DNA from: an uncultured Acidobacteriaceae bacterium | GTDB lineage: Bacteria > Acidobacteriota > Terriglobia > Terriglobales > Acidobacteriaceae | Assembly: GCA_963787435.1 (NCBI GenBank) | Contig: CAWBCZ010000015.1 | Span: 58,827-122,826 of the forward strand | Length of the DNA: 64,000 nt | Direction of reading: 5' to 3' | Shown here: one piece after another, positions 51,140 through 59,483 of the stretch | How the letters are laid out: every line of letters begins with the position of its first letter | How positions within the stretch are numbered: the first letter of the stretch is position 1 | The notes under the pieces: model-generated | Database searches by the model: none | What the model saw: only the letters and a program-made list of their open reading frames with translations | Told to the model about the DNA's origin: nothing | Program-made: the position numbers and the translations under genes

Positions 51140-52477
51140 TCAGCTTTCGGCGGCCTCTTCGACTGGATTTCGCTGCGGGACGATGCCCAGGCGTTCGTAG
51201 ATTGGCCGCATTTCCTTGCGAATCGCGGTCAGGCGAGACGCGAACCAAATCGAGCCCAGGATGCAGGCGATTCCGCTGACGATGACCGTGCGAGGAGCGC
51301 CGATGGCATGAGCCAGGGCGCCCGCCAGCAGGCTGCCGAACGGAGCCATTCCGACGAAGGCCATAGTGTAGTAGCTCATCACGCGACCGCGCATCTTTTC
51401 GTCGACGAGCGTCTGGATGATGGTGTTGCTGCCGGTGAGACCCTGCATCATTCCGAAACCGATGACGAGCATCATCAGCATCGAGAGCCACAGAAAATGC
51501 GAGAGGCCGAAACAGATGAGGCCGATGCCGAAGACCGCGGCGGCAATGGGGATCATCTTGGTGAGACCGCGAACCGAGCGCCGCATCACCATCGAGAGCG
51601 CTGAAATCAACGAGCCCACACCAACGGCGCCCATCAGAAAGCCGAGCGTGTGCGCGCCGCCATGCAGAACCTGCCCGGCGAAGATAGGCATGAGCACCAT
51701 GAAAGGCCAGCCCATCAGGCTGAGCAGGGCAAAAAGCAGCAGGATATAGCGGATGGGCACAAAATCTGCGACATAGGTCCAACCTTCTTTCAATTGAACG
51801 ATCATCGAGGTGGTGGCGCGCTGTTCCTGGTTAGGCCGAATCCGCATCATCAGCAGTGAAGCGATGACCGCAATGTAGCTGATGCCATCCACCAGGAAGC
51901 ACCAACCCTCATTTGTTGCCGCGATCAGCAATCCAGCGAGCGAGGGGCCGACAAGCCTAGCCATGTTTACCATGGACGAGTTAATGGCGATGGCATTGGA
52001 GAGATCGGCGCGATCCTCGACCATCTTGACCATGAAGGATTGGCGGCCCGGCATGTCGAAAGCGTTGATGGTGCCCTGCATGACGCTCAGCGCAAGAACC
52101 TCGGGGATGGTAATGCGATGCGAAAGTGTCAGCCACGCCAGCGCGAGCGACTGCACCATGGCCAGAGTCTGTGTCCACACCAGCACCTTGCGGCGGTCGA
52201 TGCGGTCGACGATGACGCCGGCGATGGGCGCGAGCAGAAATGTCGGTATCTGGCCTGCGAAGCCAACGGTCCCAAGCAGCAGGGGAGACTTCGTGAGCCG
52301 GTAGACCAGCCAGGATGTCGCAATCCGCGTCATCCATGTGCCGATCAGCGAGATGCTCTGACCGCCGAAGAAAAGCCGGAAATTCCGATGTCGCAGCGCC
52401 CGCCAGGCGTGCGAATAATCGCCGACGACGCGAGTGGAAGATCGCTCCTCCTTGGGGCTGCTTTGGTCCTGTGTCAT
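51140..52477 (-). CDS. MFS transporter (EntS/MFS_3-like)
   Basis: About 12 TM segments. WRALRHRNFRLFFGGQSISLIGTWM is typical of the enterobactin-exporter-like MFS subfamily. Confidence 0.85.
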   Translation of the reverse strand: MTQDQSSPKEERSSTRVVGDYSHAWRALRHRNFRLFFGGQSISLIGTWMTRIATSWLVYRLTKSPLLLGTVGFAGQIPTFLLAPIAGVIVDRIDRRKVLVWTQTLAMVQSLALAWLTLSHRITIPEVLALSVMQGTINAFDMPGRQSFMVKMVEDRADLSNAIAINSSMVNMARLVGPSLAGLLIAATNEGWCFLVDGISYIAVIASLLMMRIRPNQEQRATTSMIVQLKEGWTYVADFVPIRYILLLFALLSLMGWPFMVLMPIFAGQVLHGGAHTLGFLMGAVGVGSLISALSMVMRRSVRGLTKMIPIAAAVFGIGLICFGLSHFLWLSMLMMLVIGFGMMQGLTGSNTIIQTLVDEKMRGRVMSYYTMAFVGMAPFGSLLAGALAHAIGAPRTVIVSGIACILGSIWFASRLTAIRKEMRPIYERLGIVPQRNPVEEAAES

Positions 52478-52520
52478 GCACCTCTGCTTTGGATGTTCGC
52501 GACGAGGGCGCCGACGACAT

Positions 52521-53291
52521 CTATTTTGCTGCTGTGAGCCTGATCATGGTTGACTGGTCCACGCGGGCCCCGGCCATTGGCTGTTGCGCAATCACGGCGC
52601 CGGGGGCGATCAGAGGTTTGGGTTCCTCGGTTCCTGCGCTCACCGTGGGCACAAATACGTCGGCATAGGACGGAGTGTCGACCTTGAGGCCCATTCTGCT
52701 CAGCATTTCCTGGGCGGTGATGATCGGTACGCCTGTGAGGTCGGGCATCACGTAACCGTCCGGAATGGCGGTGTCGGGTGAGGCGACGAGGATGTTCACG
52801 CTGGGCTGTGCAATCCCCTGGGAGTGTGCGGGAGGGTCCTGCGCCAGAACGGTACCGTCTTCAGCGCCGTTGTAAGAAAGCTTCGCAGTGACGCCAACTT
52901 CGAGTCCGGCGCGACGCAGGCGAAGTGCGGCTACGCGGGCTTCGGAGCCGACCGTGTCGGGAACGTCAACTTTCTGCGGGCCAAGGCTCTCTGCAACGCG
53001 GACATGCCATTCGCGACGCACCACTGTGCCCGGCGAAGGGGATTGCGACAGGATGTGTCCTGCGGCGACGTCTGCGGAGTAATAGCGATTGTCGACATCG
53101 AGGTTGAGGCCCATTCCCGCCGCCTGGCTGCGCGCCTCAGCAACGGTCATTCCTTTCAACACAGGAATCTTCACCTCGGCGCCATGGATCGCGAAGTGCA
53201 TCGTGGTGATGGCAGAAAGAAGTGCCGCGGCAACGAGCAGCATGACGACCGAAGCCATGCGAAAGAAGCGGATGAGGAAGCTCCTGCTCAC
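52521..53291 (-). CDS. Membrane-anchored PASTA-domain protein (three PASTA repeats, no kinase or transpeptidase domain)
   Basis: An N-terminal TM segment is followed by three units of about 65 aa: VPVLKGMTVAEARSQAAGMGL, VPDTVGSEARVAALRLRRAGL and MPDLTGVPIITAQEMLSRMGL. Confidence 0.8.
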   Translation of the reverse strand: MSRSFLIRFFRMASVVMLLVAAALLSAITTMHFAIHGAEVKIPVLKGMTVAEARSQAAGMGLNLDVDNRYYSADVAAGHILSQSPSPGTVVRREWHVRVAESLGPQKVDVPDTVGSEARVAALRLRRAGLEVGVTAKLSYNGAEDGTVLAQDPPAHSQGIAQPSVNILVASPDTAIPDGYVMPDLTGVPIITAQEMLSRMGLKVDTPSYADVFVPTVSAGTEEPKPLIAPGAVIAQQPMAGARVDQSTMIRLTAAK

Positions 53292-53779
53292 GGTTGCGGT
53301 TCTCCGTCGGGGTAGATGATTTCGTATTCGACGGTCGCTGCTTTCTCCAGCATTTTTGAGATGGAGCAGTACTTATCCTTGGAGAGCGAAACCGCGTCTT
53401 CGACGGCCTTGCGGCTCAGATGGCCTCGGACTGCATAGGTGAGCTTGATGTGGGTGAAGACGCGGGGAGGAGCAGGCGCCTGCGTGGCAGTTGCAGTAAC
53501 TCGAAGTCCTGAGAGCTCCTGGCGCTTCTTTTGCAGAATGCTGACCACATCGACCGAAGTGCACGCGCACAGCGCCATCAGAACCGCTTCCATGGGGCTT
53601 GGGCCGTGCTTGTGGGAGGAGTCCGTATCGAAAGTGATGGTATTGCCGTTCTCTGCGATTCCCTCGAATACCTCGCCTTGTTTCCACTCGCTGTGTGCGA
53701 TCAAGAATCCTGGTCCTCCTTGGACCCTGATTTCATTATCGGGCATTCTGCGCGAAGGGGTTACCGGAACCAGCTTCAC
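53288..53779 (-). CDS. OsmC/Ohr family peroxiredoxin-like protein
   Basis: GPSPMEAVLMALCACTSVD and KDKYCSISKML carry the two conserved Cys. GTGA overlaps occur at both gene junctions. Confidence 0.85.
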   Translation of the reverse strand: MKLVPVTPSRRMPDNEIRVQGGPGFLIAHSEWKQGEVFEGIAENGNTITFDTDSSHKHGPSPMEAVLMALCACTSVDVVSILQKKRQELSGLRVTATATQAPAPPRVFTHIKLTYAVRGHLSRKAVEDAVSLSKDKYCSISKMLEKAATVEYEIIYPDGEPQP

Positions 53780-54117
53780 CGGAAGGCGATCTGTGCGAAA
53801 CGAGTGATCAGCAGATATGCCGCCAGCGAGAGAAGCGCAAGGCCGGTACTGAGGCTAGTTGCCAGTGCCGGGTTGATGCGGCCCTCTTTCGTTCGCTTTC
53901 GGATGAGTTGCAGGAATAGGAACGCTCCGAATGCCGGAATCCAGACGAGAAACGGCAGGTCAAATCCTCGAATTCGGTGGAAAATCGGGGCGGGACGGAA
54001 CCACAAGCCCCGAATGATGAACGCTTCAGCCAGGAACATACACAACAGCGAAGCGATAAAGATTGTTGTCGACAAATCGAATGTGTGCCTGGTTCTGACC
54101 GGGACAAAACTGGACAT
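53776..54117 (-). CDS. Hypothetical small membrane protein
   Basis: About 113 aa from the internal ATG at 54117, which avoids overlap with the CDF gene. There are 3-4 hydrophobic segments and no motif. Confidence 0.4.
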   Translation of the reverse strand: MSSFVPVRTRHTFDLSTTIFIASLLCMFLAEAFIIRGLWFRPAPIFHRIRGFDLPFLVWIPAFGAFLFLQLIRKRTKEGRINPALATSLSTGLALLSLAAYLLITRFAQIAFR

Positions 54118-54197
54118 CCGCCATCCCTCCAGCGATGTTTTTATAGACGGAGAAGCCCGGCAGCCGGTTGCGCTTCGATCGCGCTTGAAGTTGGCGG

Positions 54198-55640
54198 TCA
54201 GCGCGTGTTGTCTGTGACCGGCTCTGGATGAATCGTGACCCGGTAGACCTCGGGACATTCGAGCTTGAAGCGATCCTCGAGGGACGTGATGACTTCGTGA
54301 ACGCGATGCATCGACAGGTCGTCAGGCAGCGTGCAATGACAAGACAGGGTGATGTGCTCGGAGGTGCGTCCCACCATAATCTGGTGCACATCGATGATCT
54401 CCGGGGAGAGGGCGGCGGAATCTCGAAGCGCCCTCTCGATTCTGCGGTCGTCTTCAACGATTTCTTCGGGTTGTTCGATGGTCGCAGGTTCGCTTTCGAT
54501 GTGCGTGAGGACGGAATCAATCTCCGGGGTTTCGCGCAAAATCTCAGCTTCGAGGCCACTCACAAAGTTGTGGGCCTCAATCAGTGGCAGGTTTTCGTCC
54601 AACTCCACGTGCAGCTCCACGTGCAGCTTGCCATGAAGGGATTGCACGCTGAGGTCGTGCACGGCGACGTTGTTCCTCGCAGCTACTGCACGTACACGGT
54701 CAAAGATGCTTTCTGCCCTCGCCTGGCGGGGAACGGTGTGAATCACCACGTCTGCTGTAGGAAGCGCGCGATGCACCGCTTCAGTGGCTTCGCGCACCAG
54801 TTCGCCGGTATGCTCGAAGGTGTAACGGCGAGGCAGGGCGAGCGTCAGGTCAGCAAAATAGTTCGGGCCAGAACGCCGAACCCGTGCCTGCTCCACAGCC
54901 AGGACGCCGGGAACCCGTTCCGCTTCGCGAATAACCTGCAGGCGGGTCTCGGCCGGAATCTGATCCGTGAGGACGTCGATGGCTTCCCGCGTGAGGTGCG
55001 TTGTGGTGCGGAGAATCATGAGCGATACGAAGATCGCGGCAACCGGGTCGGCATAGCGCAGCCAGTCAACATGAAATACAGCTCCTGCCCATGTAGCCAA
55101 CAGGCCTGCCAGCACCGCCAGAGATGCCCATATGTCTGAAGCGAAATGGAACGCATCCGTGGCAAGGGCGGGCGAGCCAGTGCGCTCGGCAACACGGCGC
55201 AACTCCCGCGAGCGCCAGAAGTCGACAGCGATCGAAGTGAGCAGCACAAGTACGGGCCAAATGGAGTAGCGGAGTTCGAAGGTGTTATGCCTGATTCGTT
55301 GAATTGCCTCCCAGATGATCCATGCGCAGGAAAGGGCCATCAGCCCGGCCTCAAAGAAGGCGGAAAGGTTCTCAACTTTTCCGTGGCCGTAGGTATGGTC
55401 TTCGTCGGCCGGTTTGTCGGAGACGCGCACGGAGAAGAACGTGAGCCCCGCTCCAGCAAGGTCCAGTCCCGAGTGAGCCGCGTCTGAAAGAACGCCCAAT
55501 GAGCCGGAGATGAGGCCAGCCGCCAGCTTCAAGGCCGTCATACAGGTGGCTGCCAGCATCGACTTCAGTGCGACACGCCGCTTCAACGCCGAGTTCTGTG
55601 CTGGATCAGATTCGACGGGGATGGGCGTGGCGAGGGTCAT
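54198..55640 (-). CDS. Cation diffusion facilitator (CDF) family transporter with extended C-terminal region
   Basis: The TM domain has AAHSGLDL and HFASD metal-site motifs and is followed by two ZT_dimer-like segments. The start is chosen at MTLATPIPVE (55640). Confidence 0.88.
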   Translation of the reverse strand: MTLATPIPVESDPAQNSALKRRVALKSMLAATCMTALKLAAGLISGSLGVLSDAAHSGLDLAGAGLTFFSVRVSDKPADEDHTYGHGKVENLSAFFEAGLMALSCAWIIWEAIQRIRHNTFELRYSIWPVLVLLTSIAVDFWRSRELRRVAERTGSPALATDAFHFASDIWASLAVLAGLLATWAGAVFHVDWLRYADPVAAIFVSLMILRTTTHLTREAIDVLTDQIPAETRLQVIREAERVPGVLAVEQARVRRSGPNYFADLTLALPRRYTFEHTGELVREATEAVHRALPTADVVIHTVPRQARAESIFDRVRAVAARNNVAVHDLSVQSLHGKLHVELHVELDENLPLIEAHNFVSGLEAEILRETPEIDSVLTHIESEPATIEQPEEIVEDDRRIERALRDSAALSPEIIDVHQIMVGRTSEHITLSCHCTLPDDLSMHRVHEVITSLEDRFKLECPEVYRVTIHPEPVTDNTR

Positions 55641-55648
55641 CGCGATTC

Positions 55649-56415
55649 CTAGAGTACAGGCGTGCGTACCGCCGTGTACAACCCGGCGATTCCAAAGGTG
55701 TAAGGCCGCCAGCTGCAATCGGAATAGCCGGTCCTCTGCATCATGGCTAGCAATTCCGGTGGCGTAGGAAATGCACCGACGGAGGCAGGCAGATAGCTAT
55801 ACGGACCGTCTTTGCCGCAGATCAAGCGGCCAATCGCGGGCAGATATCCGGCGAAAGTAGAAGGCGTACACCTTGCCGATCAGGCCGCCCGGCTCGCTGA
55901 ATTCGAGGATGCCGAGTTGACCTCCGGGCTTGAGCACGCGATGGAACTCGCGCAGGCCGGCTTCGTAGTTGGCCAGATTGCGGAAGCCAAACGCCGTAAC
56001 AATCAGATCGAGCGATCCCGAGCGAATTGGGAGATGCAGCGCATCGGCTTCGAGCGCGATGGCTAGGGAGCGATTCGGATTGGTGGTCGCCGAATTTCTG
56101 TGCGCCTCGACGCAACATGCCGTGCGCAAAATCCGCGGCGAGGATGGGGCGCGCATCTTTCGGGCGGTGTTTCAGCAGCGCCATGGTCAAATCGCCGGTG
56201 CCACAACATATATCGAGAATCGCGGCGTTGGGATCGGCCAGCACCGAGCGAAACTTTGATGCTGTTCGCGCCCACCACAGGCGGTCGATGTTTGCGGAGA
56301 GTACGTGATTCAGCAAGTCGTAGCGCGGAGCGATGGCGTTGAACATCTGCTGCACGGCTTCGGCTGCATGCGCCTCGTCCCGAACACCTATCGGCTTGGC
56401 ACCGGTTGTCGGCAT
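55649..56415 (-). pseudogene. ubiE: Demethylmenaquinone/ubiquinone C-methyltransferase UbiE/MenG, two frame breaks
   Basis: VQQMFNAIAPRYDLLNHVLS and LDICCGTGD lie in frame 1. ALEADALHLP...FGFRNL...LKPGGQLGILEFS lies in frame 2 (shift about 56081-56090). LPAIGRLI.GKDGPYSYLPASV...*(55649) lies in frame 3 (shift about 55843-55853). Confidence 0.85.
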
Positions 56416-56420
56416 CGAAT

Positions 56421-56702
56421 CTATCGACCCATCCCGAGCTTGAGATCAGACCGATCAAGCTCTTTCAGTTGATCGCAATAGAACTGTTTTAGATTCACTC
56501 CGCACGATGGGCAGTAGTTTAGCGCCAACTCAGAAACTGTGGACATTGGAGATTCAGTGAAAGGGGGAAGCGAGTCGGGTTCCAGCGCACGATGCTGGAG
56601 GACGAATACGAAGCCGTCCGGGTATCGCGCTGTAAAAACCCCGAATTCGCGCAATCCGGAGTTTTCGTGCAGTCTTTCGATCCCGGGGCAGCAGTAATTC
56701 AT
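56421..56702 (-). CDS. Small Cys-containing hypothetical protein (possibly DUF6980-like)
   Basis: 93 aa from MNYCCPGIERL, with a C-terminal YCPSCG. It resembles my recollection of the M-x-HCC ... CPWCG small-protein family. Low certainty. Confidence 0.35.
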   Translation of the reverse strand: MNYCCPGIERLHENSGLREFGVFTARYPDGFVFVLQHRALEPDSLPPFTESPMSTVSELALNYCPSCGVNLKQFYCDQLKELDRSDLKLGMGR

Positions 56703-56718
56703 TCGCTTTCTCCTGGTG

Positions 56719-57819
56719 TCACGCACGAGGTTCTTTGGCTTGCGAAAGCATGTAGGTCACTGCGGCCTGAAGTTCGGCGCTCGTCAGATCGTCGATAACG
56801 CCCGCATCGCCGATTCCGATGGGAAGAACGAATCGGCGCACCCCGCCAACATTCTTTTTGTCGCCGCCGGTTGCCGCTATCAGCTTCGGCGCTCGCAATT
56901 TCAGCGTCGGTAAGGGACCGTAGAGGTGAATCAGATTTTCAAGACGTGCTGCCTGGGCGCCCGTGATGGATTTGCGGCGATGCGCAACATAGAGAGACGC
57001 GATCATGCCCCATCCCACTGCCTCGCCATGCAGCAAGACCTTGTAGCGTGTCGCCTGCTCGATGGCGTGGCCGACCGTGTGGCCGAGGTTCAGAATCATG
57101 CGCAAGCCGTTCTCGCGCTCGTCGCGATTCACCACTCCCGCCTTCATGCGGATCGAGGCAGCGATCACCTTTTCGAGCGCCCTCGAATCGCGATCGAGCA
57201 CTTCATCCGAATTTTCCTCCATGAAGCGCACAAGCGAACGATCGCGGATGATTCCGGCTTTGATGCTTTCCATCAACCCGGCGCGCAGTTCGCGATCAGG
57301 GAGCGTGCCGAGCACATCGATGTCGGCAAGAACAGCAACGGGATGATGAAAGCTGCCAACGAGGTTCTTGCCCTCGGGAAGATTCACACCGGTCTTTCCG
57401 CCGACGGATGAATCAACTTGCGCGAGGAATGTCGTGGGCACCTGCACATACCGGATTCCGCGCATAAAAATCGCGGCGAGGAATCCGCCAACATCACCCA
57501 CAATTCCACCGCCGAATGCAATCAGGAGAGAGCCGCGATCGCCGCCCGCCGTAATCATCTGGCGAAGGAGCTTCTCCACGCTCTGCATCGTCTTGTGCTT
57601 TTCACCGGGCGCCAGAAAGAGAGTGATCGGAGGATCGGAAAAGGACTTGAGAAAGACATCGCCCCACAAGGCCCAGATCTCCGGCGAAGTCAGAACAAAG
57701 ACGCGACGCGGCAGTTTTCCGGCTACGCGTACGATGCGGGGCGCGAGCGTGCCGAGCAGCCCGCTGCCGGTAATCACGTCGTATTTTGCCGAAGGTGTAT
57801 CAACTCGTATCGTATGCAC
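56719..57819 (-). CDS. aroB: 3-dehydroquinate synthase
   Basis: Full-length AroB-like sequence with the glycine-rich NAD motif GGGIVGDVGGF, plus LNLGHTVGHAIE and HGEAV. Confidence 0.92.
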   Translation of the reverse strand: MHTIRVDTPSAKYDVITGSGLLGTLAPRIVRVAGKLPRRVFVLTSPEIWALWGDVFLKSFSDPPITLFLAPGEKHKTMQSVEKLLRQMITAGGDRGSLLIAFGGGIVGDVGGFLAAIFMRGIRYVQVPTTFLAQVDSSVGGKTGVNLPEGKNLVGSFHHPVAVLADIDVLGTLPDRELRAGLMESIKAGIIRDRSLVRFMEENSDEVLDRDSRALEKVIAASIRMKAGVVNRDERENGLRMILNLGHTVGHAIEQATRYKVLLHGEAVGWGMIASLYVAHRRKSITGAQAARLENLIHLYGPLPTLKLRAPKLIAATGGDKKNVGGVRRFVLPIGIGDAGVIDDLTSAELQAAVTYMLSQAKEPRA

Positions 57820-57898
57820 GTTGCTTCCATCCTAAAGGAACCAGGAGCATGAGGTTTCCGGTTCGATGTCGAGAACGCCTGTTGTTAAACTGGTAAAC

Positions 57899-59419
57899 AT
57901 GCGTATCGGTATTGATTTTGGAACGACTCGCGTTGTCGTCGCGGCTGTGGATCGTGGCAATTTTCCCCTGGTCTATTTTGAATCTCCCGACGGACAGATG
58001 CGTGACTGGTTTCCGCCGGTTGTAGCGGTGAAAGGGGACGAGCGCCTTTACGGCTGGGAAGCGATCGCAATGCAGGACGAAAAAGGCTGGACGCTGCTGC
58101 GGTCTCCCAAGCGTTCGCTGCGCACAGCCGGCCCAAAGACGAAGGTGAAGGTCGCCGAGCAGACGATTCCGCTGCAACAACTGATGGGGGAGATGATGGC
58201 GTCTTTGCGGACGCAGTTGCTTGAGCACTCGAATCTTGGCGCGGAGCCGAACGAGAAACTGGAAGTGATGCTCGGCGTTCCCGCCAATGCCAACAGCAAT
58301 CAGCGTTTCCTGACAGAGGCGGCCGCAAATGCAGGCGGTTTCACCGTGCTCGGGTTGATGAATGAGCCGTCGGCTGCCGCAATCGAATACGCGTATCGAA
58401 ACAGCGCCGAGCGCAAGCACCGCGTCGGCGGCAGCTTGCTTGTCTACGATCTTGGCGGCGGCACATTCGATGTTTCTCTGGTGACGCTGGGCGCGACGGA
58501 GCACACGGTTGAAGCTTCCGATGGACTCCCGCAGGTCGGCGGCGATGACTTCGATGAGATCCTGGCGGATCTCGCTCTGGAAGTCGCAAAGCAGCAAGAG
58601 CAGCTGACAACGGCGGAGCGGCGTGTTCTGCTGGACGAGTGCCGCGAGAAGAAAGAATCGCTCAGTCCGAACACACGCAAGATCACCGTCGATCTGGAGC
58701 GGGTGCGATCCGAATGGGAGCAAGTGACATTTCCAGTTGATCTCTACTATGACCGCTGCCGGCCGCTGATTGAGTCGACGCGGGAGATCGTGGAAAAGCT
58801 GCTGGCGGCGCATCCTGACGCTCAACTCGACACGTTGTATGTGACTGGAGGAGGATCGGAGCTTCCGCCGGTCGCGCGTGTTCTGAAGGAAAGCTTCGGA
58901 CGCAAGGTGCGCCGCTCTGCCTACATGCGGTCCGCGAGCGCTGTGGGGCTGGCGATTCGCGCGGCTTCGGGTTCGGAGCGGCTGCACGAGCAGTTCAATC
59001 AGAACTTTGGCATATGGCGCGAAGCTGAGTCGGGACGAGCGATTATTTTCGATCTGATCTTCCCTCGCGGCATGCAGCTACCGGAACCGGGCGCTCCCGC
59101 TTTGCGGCTTGAACGCACCTACCGGCCTGCGCACAACATCGGGCACTTCCGCTACCTGGAGTGCTCAAGGCTCGATGAGCGCGGCCAACCCATCGGCGAA
59201 ATCACGAACTGGGAGCAGATTCAGTTTCCATTCGACCCGCGCCTCTCGCAGTGCGCTGATCTCTCCGCTATTCCAATAGAGCCGATGACCACAGAGAACA
59301 GTGTGTTGGTTCGCGAGGAATACACTTGTGATCTGAACGGTAACCTGCGCGTAACGATCTCCTCGCTTCCGTCGGGGAACAAGCGCGAGTATTCGATTGG
59401 TCAGTTGGCATCGAGCTGA
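57899..59419 (+). CDS. Atypical Hsp70-family (actin-like ATPase) protein without helical lid
   Basis: IGIDFGTT, DLGGGTFD and YVTGGGSELP are NBD motifs. The C-terminal region of about 130 aa is short and lacks the DnaK lid and EEVD-type tail. Confidence 0.8.
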   Translation: MRIGIDFGTTRVVVAAVDRGNFPLVYFESPDGQMRDWFPPVVAVKGDERLYGWEAIAMQDEKGWTLLRSPKRSLRTAGPKTKVKVAEQTIPLQQLMGEMMASLRTQLLEHSNLGAEPNEKLEVMLGVPANANSNQRFLTEAAANAGGFTVLGLMNEPSAAAIEYAYRNSAERKHRVGGSLLVYDLGGGTFDVSLVTLGATEHTVEASDGLPQVGGDDFDEILADLALEVAKQQEQLTTAERRVLLDECREKKESLSPNTRKITVDLERVRSEWEQVTFPVDLYYDRCRPLIESTREIVEKLLAAHPDAQLDTLYVTGGGSELPPVARVLKESFGRKVRRSAYMRSASAVGLAIRAASGSERLHEQFNQNFGIWREAESGRAIIFDLIFPRGMQLPEPGAPALRLERTYRPAHNIGHFRYLECSRLDERGQPIGEITNWEQIQFPFDPRLSQCADLSAIPIEPMTTENSVLVREEYTCDLNGNLRVTISSLPSGNKREYSIGQLASS

Positions 59420-59483
59420 GTGGTGCGCGTGCGGACTATCTCTCGTATCGCGAGATGGGTGTTCTGCTGCCGTTTCGTGTTGA

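Noticed and set aside
4310-56415. Programmed ribosomal frameshifting, transcriptional slippage or an alternative decoding system as an explanation for the many frame breaks.
   Set aside because: The break sites share no common slippery motif or downstream structure. They mix +1 and -1 events and sit in varied contexts (G6, A3, GC-rich non-repetitive). They also hit genes never known to be recoded. Consensus indel error is more parsimonious.
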